NCBI GenBank assembly: GCA_044892505.1
Contig: CM097883.1
Span: 217,620,001-217,684,000 of the forward strand
Source of the DNA: Schmidtea nova
Lineage: Eukaryota
Direction: 5' to 3'
Length of the DNA stretch: 64,000 nucleotides
Positions 26,330 to 36,916 of this stretch are shown here, piece by piece; positions within the stretch are counted from its first letter, which is position 1, and each line of letters begins with the position of its first letter. Below the pieces are notes generated by a model. The model made no database searches. It had not been told where the DNA came from and saw only the letters and a list, made by a program, of their open reading frames with translations. Made by a program: the position numbers and the translations under genes.

Positions 26330-26760
26330 CATCGAAAAATAAATACTCACAGAAAGAGGTGAATTTTAAGCTCACAATAACACATAAGAGCATTAAGCAA
26401 AAAAATAGTACGAAAGTATATAGAATATTAAAGTACAAATGGTAGACATGCGAACCGCATTTCATACAAAAGAGGCATCTCAAAGGAGAGCACACAGTTT
26501 GGATGCAGGTCAAATTTATATACGAAAGACCGCATAAAAATTGAATGGGAAAGATCATTGCTCTTATTTTAAATGCAAAAAAGCATGATCAAAGATAAAT
26601 TTTGTATCGAAATAAAGAAAATAATTTATAAAAAATTTTAAAAGAAATCCCCATTAAAATATCGTTAAAATAACAGAGATATGGACAAAAATAGGAAATG
26701 TTGGTTATTTAATCAATTAACTCGCGAAAAATGACACCATATCGAACAGACACAAAAAGT
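26330..26760 (+). repeat. Dispersed repeat family A, copy 2
   Basis: Similarity to 7570-7950. Confidence 0.75.
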
Positions 26761-27242
26761 ATTAGTATTAAAAAAGAATCGGAATGGGTTCTTAGAATTA
26801 CATTCTCAATAAATTACATAGATCGATAAGCTGAAAGGAAAATAGGGTGTAAACGAGAATCAGCATATTAAATATAGGTGTATGCTGTTCAGAATTGTTA
26901 GGGAATAAATATGAGTAGATAGTAGACGACATAAAGTGAGGTTATTGGAAGTCGCGAATTGATAAATTAGGAATACTGTTGGGCAAAAACTTAACTCAAC
27001 AAGCTTTTGTTTTTGAAGCGGTAACATAGCACGTAAAGACTGCGCACGAAGTGAATTTAAAATTTGTAATGAGAAAACACCAAGTAAACAAGATAAGGGC
27101 AAAACACATGAAAAAAATAAATAAAGCACGTTAAAAAATAAAATGACCAAAAGCGCACCAAGTAAATATCGAAATGTTCATGCCATAGACACAATGCCAA
27201 CGACAAGCACAGCGAGAATGTCAACCGCTCTCCTTCTCGAAG

Positions 27243-27812
27243 TGTTGGGTAATTATTCAGTTTAAGATCGGTTTAATGACCTAACTCCTCGTGTCCTTTA
27301 TATTATCGAAAATCAATGAAACCCAACACAGAACAATTTATTTGACGATCACCACAAATTACAACTTCTTTTAATCGAATTCCGCAGAATCTCTCTTTGT
27401 TGCTTTTCAATAAATTTTAATACTTTCTGTTTTTAAGCTCTCAGTTTCTCCTCCCGTCCTTTACTTTGCGCTGTCTTTTATACCTCTCTCAAATGATAAT
27501 TAAATTTTATCAACAACTAAAAGTTACCCAATATTTGGCTTAGTTGGTCCATCAACAAATTATTATGATTGCGCTCGGGTAAGTTTTCCATAATTGCCCT
27601 GCGCAATCTCCCGACTTTGATCTCCCGGGTCTCTACTGCGTTCGCGTTTCTTTCATCGCTCGGGTTTCCCATTGTCTCGGGTTTTCCATTGAGCGATTAA
27701 TTAATTTTAATTAGTTTGTTTTTACTCTATAACTTTTTCTGGGGACCCCTTACTAAATTTCTATTATTAATTTTGGGGTTGCTTTTGATTTGGCTTTCAA
27801 CCATACCCATTA
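27243..27812 (-). mobile_element. Solo-LTR-like repeat family C, copy 2
   Basis: Inverse homologue of 20555-21199. Confidence 0.7.
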
Positions 27813-27936
27813 TCAGGTGGCTGGATTATTAAAAATGTATGCAATTAGTAATATTGCACACTCGGCAAAACGATGGTACTTCCACAAGAATGATACATTG
27901 CCCATTTTCGACAACGAGGAGCAATTCATTCGAAAT

Positions 27937-28056
27937 AACAACAACTAAACGAGCCTGAATTCAACCGATATCGTTCGATCGCGGAAGTTAAGCAGGTTAA
28001 GACCTCGTTAGTACTTGGATGGGTGCCCGCCTGGAAATACGAGGTGTTGTGAAACT
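27937..28056 (+). rRNA. 5S rRNA gene or pseudogene (single dispersed copy)
   Basis: cctgaa...ccgat.tcgttcgatc.cggaagttaagcagg...gttagtacttggatggg...cgcctggaaatac..ggtgttgtg; box A (AGTTAAGC), box C (GTACTTGGATGGG), T4 terminator; first 4 nt do not pair in helix I. Confidence 0.85.
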
Positions 28057-28899
28057 TTTCAAACCTTTTTTTAAAAATTTATTTCCTTTTCCTTTTTTAA
28101 CTTTTGATAACAATTACTTTACTTTGTTAAATATTTATTTATTTTTTTAATTTAAATTAAAAGTTTGAAATATCATAACATTGTTTAAATAATCTCTTTT
28201 AATTCTTCTCTTTTCAAAAATGATTGCAACTCAAACTCAAATGCCTAATGGTGAATGTAAATTTGGAGATGAACAATGTGTTCTCTCCTCTCGTGTGGAT
28301 GAGCTTGTTATTTTTGGAGAGTTTTTTTTCTTGATTCACTTTTATTTACTTTTTTTCTTTCCTTTCTTAATTATTTCTTATTTACTACTTCATTTTGTTT
28401 ATAAATTTCTATATTTGACCTGAAAACATCTCAATTAAAAACTCTTTTACCCCTTTTTTGACGTTTTGCTCTGGTGACTAAACACTGTTTAGGTCAATCA
28501 AAAGGCAATTTTAGTCTTTAAAAAAAACATCCAGATAATTATTATCCAGATAATTATTGTACACCTGATAAATTTTAATTAATTTTTGCAATTTTATTTA
28601 TTTTGATATTTCTTTGCTTTTACCCTTCTTTCTTGTTACTTTTGTGATTTTTATACTAACCCCAGCAGAAGGAATTGGGAAAATGTCAGAGCAAATCGAT
28701 CTTACGGAGGACATTGAAATTTATTTTGAAATTCCAAATTTGAACATAAAATGGGCAACGGAAAATTATTTAAAGCCAATTGAAGATAATGTTGAGGTAA
28801 TAGCTGGTAATAAAGGCAGAAGACAAAGGTATGACAACGATGGAAAAAGGACATTAGCTCAGGAAGTTCAGTGCCTCGGATCAAGGAACAATAGTCGCA

Positions 28900-30825
28900 T
28901 TACAGAAAGGATTACAGAGATTAGAAAAGATTATAGAAAGTTTGAGGTCACAGGGAACACGACCTAGAAACAGTGTGACTCGCACAAGAATGGTGGATCT
29001 TAAATGTTACAAATGTAATGAACCAGACCACATAGCCCAATTTTGTAAAAAACAAGAATGGATGAAACCAAAAAAAGAACGAATTTGTTATCAGTGCGGA
29101 AAGAAAGGTCACATTTCAGCTAATTGCCGAAGTAATATGAGCGGTGCAAAAAATGGAACGGAATGTTTCGAGTGTGGTGGAGCACACCAAGCTAGATTTT
29201 GCGATAAAAGAAACAAGTTTAGGTATTTACAAGAAGAATGCGAGGAGGATATAAGAACTGAAATCACAGATACAGTAGTTTCCGAAGAACAGGAAAATAA
29301 CTGTGTCGCAATGACAAAGGATAGCTGGGGCGAGCAAAGAACGGTAAAGATGATAAAAAGTCTTGCAACAAAACCAACATTGGAAGAGAAATATGTTAAC
29401 TTTGTCAATGGGTAAGGTAAAACACCAAAGACGCAATTGAGGAAATACGAACCAACGCTGATTTCTTTTAACAAACCTGAGAAGGCCCGATATAAACCAA
29501 TTACAGAATGTGTGATTATAAATCTACCGGTGAAAGTCGTGTTTGATTCAGGAGCAGATCTGAATGTTATAAGTCAAGAGTTTGCGGAAGATATTGTCAA
29601 AGATAACCCAGCAATAAAAGTTTACAATTCAACAACAAACGTAACATGTGCTAATGGAAGTACAGATTTTTCCCAATACCAGCTGCAGAGGATTAAGTTA
29701 AATATTTCAATCTGACCTATATTAACGAGTCATGTTTTTGATATTATGCCTAATATATTTCCACATATTTTTTTAGGACTTAAAAGCATGAAGATACACG
29801 CAAAATATATTGATGCAGCAAATGAAGGACTTTAATTGCAAAGGATTAAATTCCATCTTTATCTAAGACAATCCCTATTTCTTCTTTAAATGAATGACAA
29901 CCGTATGTGGGGGGTCGGAGTGCGGTTGTGAGGAGAGAGGAGGCTCAGCGAGATTATTATTATAGAGTTATTTTATCGAATAATATAGAAATGAGTAATG
30001 CTGGGATGTTGGTTAATGATCGTAGGGAGAAAATTGATGATTTTAATGAGATTTATATATTTGATGGAGAAAGATCGAGGGTGGCAGATCGTGAAATTGT
30101 GATAAGTGACTACGTAGTATAAGGCAAGAAATGGTATTTATTAGTAAAGAATGCATGTAAGAGGGAGGTTCGAAGACTCTGCATACAGAGACCGGCTTGG
30201 GATATTTAGAAAAAAGGAACGAGTTTTTTAATGAATCAAAGGGCACATTGAATAAACTCACGAAAGATGAAAAAATAAAGGACAAGAAAGCAATAGAGAC
30301 AATATGTTTTTTTAAATAGAGGTTAGCTATCTAAGACATATCATAAATAAGTAAGGTGTTAAAACAAATCCACAGTAAATCAAAAGTTTCAGTTCATGGG
30401 AAATTCCAGCACGTAAAAAGAGTTGCAGTCATTTTTGGGATTTTGCAATTACTACAGACTTTTTATTAAAATGTATGCAGAGACTTTAGAGAAATTGAGT
30501 GCGAAGCTAAAAAATGAAAGATGTTTCCAGTGGAATGAGGACAGAAAAGTAGCGTTCTATGAGCTAAAGCGGTTATTGTCAACCCTACCATTGTTGGAAT
30601 TACCATGCAAGAAAGGACAATAATTTTTTAGACAAAGATGCATCACATAATAGCATTGGGGCTATCTTGTCACAAATGCAAGAAGGCAAGTTAAGAGTAC
30701 TATGTTATGTGTCAAAACTATGAGTAAGTGTCAAAGACGGTATTTCATAACAAGGAAAGAACTACTAGCAATTTATACATAAGTGTTAAGATTCTAGCAT
30801 TATCTCCTCGGATCCAAATTTATAG
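28900..30825 (+). mobile_element. Degenerate Ty3/Gypsy gag-pol (zinc knuckles, protease, RT, RNase H)
   Basis: CYKCNEPDHIAQFC, CYQCGKKGHISANC, CFECGGAHQARFC; VVFDSGADLNVIS; LQSFLGFCNYYRLFI; DASHNSIGAILSQ; truncated at HYLLGSKFIV. Confidence 0.9.
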
Positions 30826-30862
30826 TGTTGGGTGGTATGGGTGTGTTATAAAAATTATTAAC
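30826..30862 (-). mobile_element. Left stub of family-B LTR split by the Polinton
   Basis: Reverse complement (gttaat aatttttataacacacccataccacccaaca) matches 10815-10845. Confidence 0.7.
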
Positions 30863-31360
30863 AGTAAGAGGGTGTGAGCCCCCCAGCACAGGATGAGTTA
30901 TCGCGCACCGCCGATTGAAACAAAATATTCAAACCCCCCGGGGGGAGTGGGGGGGTAATTTTTTTGTTTTAATTTTTGATTTTTGATTTTTCGTTTTTTT
31001 CACGTTTTTGCACAGTGCAAATCGATTTTTTCAAATTTTCTCTACGCAGTATGGTGGTGCACAATGTGCTGCACATTTCTATATCTAAAACTTTTTCATT
31101 GGATGCGCCAAGTAACCGATTATTGATTTTTTCAGTTTTTTTTACATTTTAGCACAGTGAGAATAAAAATTTTTAAGTTTTCTCAACGTTGTTGGGTAGA
31201 TCACAATGAGCTGCACATTTTTTGTTTTGGAAACTTTTTTATAGGATGTGCGGAAGGCACCTAAAAACACGTGTGAGCCCCCCAGCACAGGATGAGTTAT
31301 CGCGCACCGCCGATTAAAACAAAGAAATTTTAACCCCCCCGGTGGGGAGAGGGGGGTAAA
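30863..31360 (+). repeat. Polinton terminal/subterminal repeat: two tandem copies of TGTGAGCCCCCCAGCACAGGATGAGTTATCGCGCACCGCCG plus C/G-rich tract
   Basis: Copies at 30873 and 31272 (about 400 bp apart); CCCCCCGGGGGG palindrome and G-runs; mirrored at 48450-48945; independent copy at 49796-49874. Confidence 0.9.
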
Positions 31361-31439
31361 AATGTTTTTGTTTTAATCGTCGAATATTGATTTTGAAAAT
31401 TTTTTTTGTTTAAATGAGCACAGAAGGAGAAATAATAAA

Positions 31440-32600
31440 GTTAAGAGAAAACTTCCAAGACAAAAGTTGTAGATCATATCGAGGCGCACATTTTAGTTTA
31501 AAAGACCTTTTATTTTTCTTAATCCTATGTTCCAAACTCGTGTTCCAATGTCTCGTTTAAAGAAATATACGACTTCTAAAAAAGATGTGAGAAAACTTCC
31601 AAGACAAAAGTCGTAGACAATGACGAGACACATTTTATATTTGCAAAATACTTTCATTTTGGTCAACCCAATGTATCGAAATCTTGTTCAAAGTTTCGTT
31701 TAAAAATACATGTAAAACTCATATTGACTTTAAAGTGCAAATAAAGTGCAAACAAATAATTACGTATAACTTTTTATTAAAAGGTGCTACTATATATTTT
31801 CAAGTGCCAATATCTTTTAAAAAGTTCTGCACATTATTTTAAAGTGCAACTATTGATTTCTAAGTGCTAAAATGTGCAAGATTGTCATTTTTGTGCAGAA
31901 ATCAGAGTTTTTCAATGGGTTACTCAGTTTTTTAGGAGACTTTTGTTGCATCAACTTATGGGGGCAATGTGCCCGGTTATTCCCGTCACATTTTTTGTCT
32001 AAAAAATTTAATTTTTTCTAGATTTTTCAAGATTTTTCTTCAAAAAAAAATTACCATAAAATTTTTTCATGGAAATGAGTTTACGAGTCGATTATCGATC
32101 TCCATTAAACTCAAATTCCTAGTAAACTACTTGACCAATTTCAAGATGATGCATATCATTAGACTCTAAAACATGTGCCTCATCTTTTGATCAAAAAATA
32201 TTTTGTAAAAATATCAATTATAAATAGTTTGTTTTTTCCCAGTGACAGAAACATTATATCAAAATAATTTTTACATCGTTAGACTCATAATCAAATGAGC
32301 TTTGAGCTGATATAAAAACTTTGCAAAATTCTATTGATTTTTATTTTTTCACACACTACACTTTTAGTTTTTCATAGGTGCTCTAAACTATTTTCGTGAA
32401 TATTATACATCATTAGACTCGTAAATAAATTCTTTACAAGAATCTATATATATTTTTTGTGTAAATATTGATTTTTCAGTTTTGCACATTTTGCACCTTG
32501 ACTTTTTTACAAGTTTTATAAATAATTTTCAACATATTTTTACATCATTCAACTCGTAATCGTCTATTCTACAAAATCATGTCATTACTTTTATGAAACT
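31440..32600 (+). repeat. Degenerate subterminal direct repeats
   Basis: gagaaaacttccaagacaaaagt x2; aagtgc motif cluster 31730-31880; catcattagactc-type unit x4 at 32114-32560. Confidence 0.75.
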
Positions 32601-32719
32601 ATTTATTTTCAAAATTTTCAATTTTCATTTACTAATTTTAATTATTTTCAAAATATTTTTACATCAATGTATTCAACAATTAAATAATTTGTAAACATGT
32701 ATTGAAACAAACACAATAA

Positions 32720-33074
32720 TTAGTCGAAACACATGTGATTATAGAGTTCATTAACTAAAGTATTAATAGTCTGTTTTCGTTTGTATTCAATGCATTCTTG
32801 ACAATTGAAAGGACAAACAAGTGTCTTGAGTATTTTGGCTTGCTTTTTGTATCCATATAACATTAATTTATAATGATATATAATACGTTCGACATTGATT
32901 CCAGTGGCTTGATAGATTTTGGTACTAGCAAGTTCTGGAGCACAATTTAATATTTCATCCTTAATCTCAGGATAAATCTGAGCAATTTTATTAATAAGGA
33001 CTTCAATCTGAAATGCTAGACAAAATTAAAATAATGAAGTAAAATTTTTTACCAATATCTGAAACTTGAGACAT
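32720..33074 (-). CDS. Hypothetical 105-aa protein, two exons (37-nt intron 33016-33052); left-arm copy
   Basis: ATG TCT CAA GTT TCA GAT ATT G|gt..ag|CA TTT CAG... splices in frame to MSQVSDIAFQIEVLINKIAQIYPEIKDEILNCAPE...CPFNCQECIEYKRK...HMCFD*. Confidence 0.7.
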
Positions 33075-33112
33075 TGTAAAAAAAATGAAAAGCGTGAAAT
33101 ATTTCTCTGTAT

Positions 33113-33562
33113 TTATAGTTTTTGGGAACTAATCAAATTCTTTATATCTTGAACAATTTTATTTACCATCCAATCAAAGTTGAGAGTTTTTATACCAAGT
33201 ATAACTATTTTTCCACTGGAAAATAAATTTATACATAATGGTTTATAATTACAAAGTCTTAAAGCAGGAAATATTTCTGGTTCATATATGCAATTCGCTT
33301 TCTTTGATAGATAATGTAAATTAATTTTTTCTCCAATATCCACATTAACTGTACATGATTGAAGACGAACATCTTTAATATCATAGTGTATGCTTTCGAG
33401 GGGTTTCTTGCAACTCATTATCCTACATTTACCAGATTTAAAAAATATAATTGTATATTTTTCATTTTTATCTATAATCTGTTGGAGTTTCAATTTTGGA
33501 AATCTCATGTTTTGTACAACTTTCATTGGAACTTGTCCTCTATAATTAATATTAACCAACAT
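33113..33562 (-). CDS. Divergent TATA-binding protein (TBP)-like, 149 aa; left-arm copy
   Basis: Two TBP repeats: LVNINYR, MRFP, IIFFKSGKCRIMSCK; LQSCTVN, YEPEIFPALRL, NLFSSGKIVILGIK. Confidence 0.85.
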   Translation of the reverse strand: MLVNINYRGQVPMKVVQNMRFPKLKLQQIIDKNEKYTIIFFKSGKCRIMSCKKPLESIHYDIKDVRLQSCTVNVDIGEKINLHYLSKKANCIYEPEIFPALRLCNYKPLCINLFSSGKIVILGIKTLNFDWMVNKIVQDIKNLISSQKL

Positions 33563-33718
33563 TTATGAAACTTGTTATTATTTAATTGATATGTTTAAAC
33601 AAATATTTTATTAATTATGTTGTTGTTATGCTTTTGGTTTCTATATCATTTATTAAAAACTAAAGACAATAAATTAAAGACACATCTTTTAAAAATTATA
33701 ATTATTATAACAATACAA

Positions 33719-34237
33719 CTAATTATTAACTCTACCGCTTAAGATCTTGCAAACAGGTAAGATGGCAGAGCTTGGAGCTATCTTGTAACCTTGAATACGG
33801 ACGACCAAGTTCCATTTATAGTTTTCTTTGAAATGTATCTGAGTATTTCCTTCAAAAAGCTTTGTTGATGGACCACCGATAAATGCACCATCTTCACCTA
33901 ATAATAGTTGTTTGTTTATTCTACTAAATAATGTTCTAATTGCCTCTCGATCTTCTAGCTCAAAATCTTCTATCCAGTAATTGTAGCTAGTCTTCACTAA
34001 GGGAACCGGATTTACTAGAATAAAATCTATTGGATTTTTTAATAAGATCATCTTGAAATCGTGGTAAACATATTCGGGTTTGAAGATTGAAATTTCTTCT
34101 TCCTTCTTCAAGGTTTCTTCATTAAACTTCATCTTTTTCTTCATCGAATGTTCACTTGTTTCCTTCATCATCAGCTGAAATAATGAAAAAATATATTTGG
34201 CAAACACATACTTTCTCAAATACATACACATCTGCAT
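33719..34237 (-). CDS. Hypothetical protein (up to 172 aa); left-arm copy
   Basis: Open frame with globular beta-rich C-terminal half; candidate 37-nt GT-AG intron near the 5' end; no family recognised. Confidence 0.65.
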   Translation of the reverse strand: MQMCMYLRKYVFAKYIFSLFQLMMKETSEHSMKKKMKFNEETLKKEEEISIFKPEYVYHDFKMILLKNPIDFILVNPVPLVKTSYNYWIEDFELEDREAIRTLFSRINKQLLLGEDGAFIGGPSTKLFEGNTQIHFKENYKWNLVVRIQGYKIAPSSAILPVCKILSGRVNN

Positions 34238-34661
34238 TTTGATTTGTCTATTTTATTCTATCAACCATTCACATGCATGTTATGTGATCAGTTATTGATA
34301 TGTTATTGATCAGTTTGTTCCGCCTGACTTTATGTGATTTAATAACTTAGATGATGACTTTAAATTTTGAGTCAATTTCCTAAGAAACAATAATAAATCT
34401 ACATTAAAAAGAATAATAGAATTTAAATTAAAAAATTAAGATAAATAAGAAAATTTATGACAATAAAATCTTAATTTTATGATAATAAAGACTTTTATGT
34501 ATTTTTTAGGAAAATTGAACTTTTTTAGGAATTTTTGATTTGTTTAAAATTGTTAATTCTTTAATTTGAGATCCTTGTAAACTTTTTGAAATTTGATTAA
34601 AAATACAATGATGTTTAAATAATTACTGTCATTGAAAAGATAAGTTAACAATAAAATTGAA

Positions 34662-35675
34662 ATGAATCCAGATTTAATCTCTAAGTACTTTAAAAAGTTT
34701 GTCAGTTATATTCCAACGGTTTTTGAATCATATGATACATCAAGAGTTATCATTTTGCAATTTGCTCTATCTGGTCTCGATTTGTTAAATCGCATTGATG
34801 ATCTCTCGCAATCAGATAAAAATGAAATAGTTGACTGGATTTATGAGCTGCAAATATTAAATTATCAATCTGGCCGTTTAGAGGGATTTCGAGGTGGATT
34901 TTTCCCGAGTAATTGTCATCTCACAAACCAGATTTACATGTCTGGTCATGTAACGATGAATTATTCGTGTTTAGTTTGTTTGATGATTTTGGGTGATAAT
35001 CTTAGTCGAGTCGATAAAACTGGCATTTTAAAATGTTTTAAAAATTTGCAAAATTCTGAAGATGGCTGTTTTTGTGCGGCTCTTGACTGCCCAGAAGCAG
35101 ACGTGAGATTTATATTTTCTGCTTTAGCTTCATGTGCAATTATAAACGATTTCAGCATAGTAGATGTTAATGCTGTTGTGTCGTTTATTTTGAAATGTCA
35201 AGATTATGATGGTGGGTTTGGTCAGAGACCTCGTGAAGAAAGTCACAGTGGCTCCACCTATTGTGCAATAGCAAGTTTAAAGATTCTGTCAAAATTAGAT
35301 GTTTTGTTCCCTGAAAATTCTAGTAAAAGGAATTTAATGCTTCGGTGGTTAATAAATCGTCAGTACGAAGGACTTCATGGAAGACCGCATAAGGACGACG
35401 ATAGTTGTTATACATTTTGGATAGGAGCCTCATTGAAAATGCTTGGCTATGGACATTTAATAAATTTCCCTTCTTTGTTCGATTTCATTGAGTCTACTTA
35501 TGAAAATCTGGCCGGTGGATTTTGTAAATTGAAGAACTTGGGACATTCATTTGGTGATATCTATGAGATCGTTGTGAAAAATGCCGAAACTCTAGACAAT
35601 GCTATTGATTATTCCGGATTTGAAACGTTGAAAAGGTCTTATCCTTTAAGAATTGCTGACAAGGTCGTAGAATGA
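34662..35675 (+). CDS. PGGT1B: Geranylgeranyltransferase type I beta subunit-like, C-terminally replaced by RNR alpha-derived sequence; left-arm copy
   Basis: YDTSRVIILQFALSGLDLL, GHVTMNYSCL..L.ILGDNLSRVD, EADVRFIFSA, CQDYDGGFGQ...ESHSGSTYCAIASL, GRPHKDDDSCYTFWIGASLKMLG, GGFCK; afterwards DIYEIVVKNAETLDNAIDYSGFETLKRSYPLRIADKVVE (RRM1-like). Confidence 0.9.
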   Translation: MNPDLISKYFKKFVSYIPTVFESYDTSRVIILQFALSGLDLLNRIDDLSQSDKNEIVDWIYELQILNYQSGRLEGFRGGFFPSNCHLTNQIYMSGHVTMNYSCLVCLMILGDNLSRVDKTGILKCFKNLQNSEDGCFCAALDCPEADVRFIFSALASCAIINDFSIVDVNAVVSFILKCQDYDGGFGQRPREESHSGSTYCAIASLKILSKLDVLFPENSSKRNLMLRWLINRQYEGLHGRPHKDDDSCYTFWIGASLKMLGYGHLINFPSLFDFIESTYENLAGGFCKLKNLGHSFGDIYEIVVKNAETLDNAIDYSGFETLKRSYPLRIADKVVE

Positions 35676-35891
35676 CCACAACACAGGTTCGTGAGAGCAG
35701 CTGTTGGAATATACAAGGATGATATTGAAAGTGCAATTGAGACTTTTAACTTAATGTCAGAAAAATGGTTCATACACGCTTCACCCATAGTGTTTAATGC
35801 AGAATTGAGATATGGACAACCTTCCAGTTGTTTTCTACTGATAATGAAAGATGACTGCCTTTCTAAATCGAAGCAACAACATGCATGTTAG
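35532..35891 (+). pseudogene. RRM1: Ribonucleotide reductase large subunit fragment; left-arm copy
   Basis: Same frame across one TGA (35673-35675): [46 protein letters not shown]...[12 protein letters not shown]; truncated both sides. Confidence 0.9.
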
Positions 35892-35955
35892 TATATTACA
35901 ACATCCAATCAGTATTATACATAAACATGTGTGTATTTCATAATATTTTGCATTA

Positions 35956-36408
35956 ATGTCTTTTATGGAAGATTATATAGCAACAATTATTCATGAATTG
36001 CTTTTTGGAAGCGAAGATAAAGTAGTTCAATGTTTGAATTGTATGTTACTTGAAGCTGAGTATCATTGTACTATTGATTTCTCTCCAATATTAAAACCAA
36101 GAACAGATATTGAAAAGGAGAAAGCATTCAAAAATGTCTTTGACTCATTATTTGAAGATGGTATCCGTTGGTCTAAAGTTATTACAATTTTTTTGTACAT
36201 TCGAAAAATTCTTATTTTATGTCCAACTGAACATCAGAAATATTTGAAATGGTCAGTACAAGAAATTCTCAAAATTTATCCATGGATCAAAGAAAACGGA
36301 GACTGGGAATATGTTATTAAATTACAATTAAAATATGGTTTTAATTTGATTATTAAATGTTTAAGTATTTGTATTATATATTTAATAAAATTTTATCAAC
36401 TTTATTAA
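35956..36408 (+). CDS. Bcl-2 family protein, 150 aa; left-arm copy
   Basis: BH1-like FKNVFDSLFEDGIRWSKVITIFLY, BH2-like PWIKENGDWEYV, hydrophobic C-terminal tail. Confidence 0.82.
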   Translation: MSFMEDYIATIIHELLFGSEDKVVQCLNCMLLEAEYHCTIDFSPILKPRTDIEKEKAFKNVFDSLFEDGIRWSKVITIFLYIRKILILCPTEHQKYLKWSVQEILKIYPWIKENGDWEYVIKLQLKYGFNLIIKCLSICIIYLIKFYQLY

Positions 36409-36411
36409 TAA

Positions 36412-36885
36412 TTTTTAAACACAAAACATTTATTTAACAATTTACCAAACTTTATTCTTGTAATATTTCAATCGGAAGCTCAATATAATAGTTCATATGC
36501 AGAAACGAGTTCAAAATTTAACCATTTTAGTATAACTTCAATAACTTTGTCGAAACACTCTGATTATCGTGAAACATATACGCAAGATTTTGACAAAGAT
36601 AATTATGCTGTAACTTATATGCAATCTATTGTACGAAATATGGGTTATTTAGACAAGAATTTAAATTGTGGAATAGATCTTGTAGACTTTAAAAGTAAAT
36701 ACCCCTTCTTTACATTTGTGTTGGCTCCCAACTGTGATTGGAATCAATCACAGTTACCTCAAAATGGAAATTTAAGACTTGATATTAAATTCAACAAGGC
36801 TCTTACATCTCCTGCATATGTAATAATTTATGGTGTTTTTGAGAGTGAAATCCAGATCTCCTCAAATCGAACTATTTTAGTGTAA
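36412..36885 (+). pseudogene. 3' part of Polinton major capsid protein (double jelly-roll), 5'-truncated at the duplication junction
   Basis: LFNNLPNFILVIFQSEAQYNSSY...KFNHFSI...YPFFTFVLAP...QNGNLRLDIKFNKALTSPAYVIIYGVFESEIQISSNRTILV; no start codon. Confidence 0.8.
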
Positions 36886-36916
36886 ACAAAGTTGTTGATT
36901 AATATTATTTCGAAAT

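Larger units (their letters stand above)
30011..36440 (+). repeat. Left arm of 6.43-kb inverted duplication
   Basis: Coordinates sum to 79808-79809 with the right arm; only a few substitutions seen (e.g. GHLINFP vs GHLLNFP). Confidence 0.97.

Noticed and set aside
30858-30861. TTAA target site suggesting piggyBac/Kolobok
   Set aside because: The duplication extends to 6 bp (ATTAAC), termini are AGT...ACT, and no such transposase is present.
35532-35891. Functional ribonucleotide reductase
   Set aside because: Only about 110 codons, with an internal stop and deletions.
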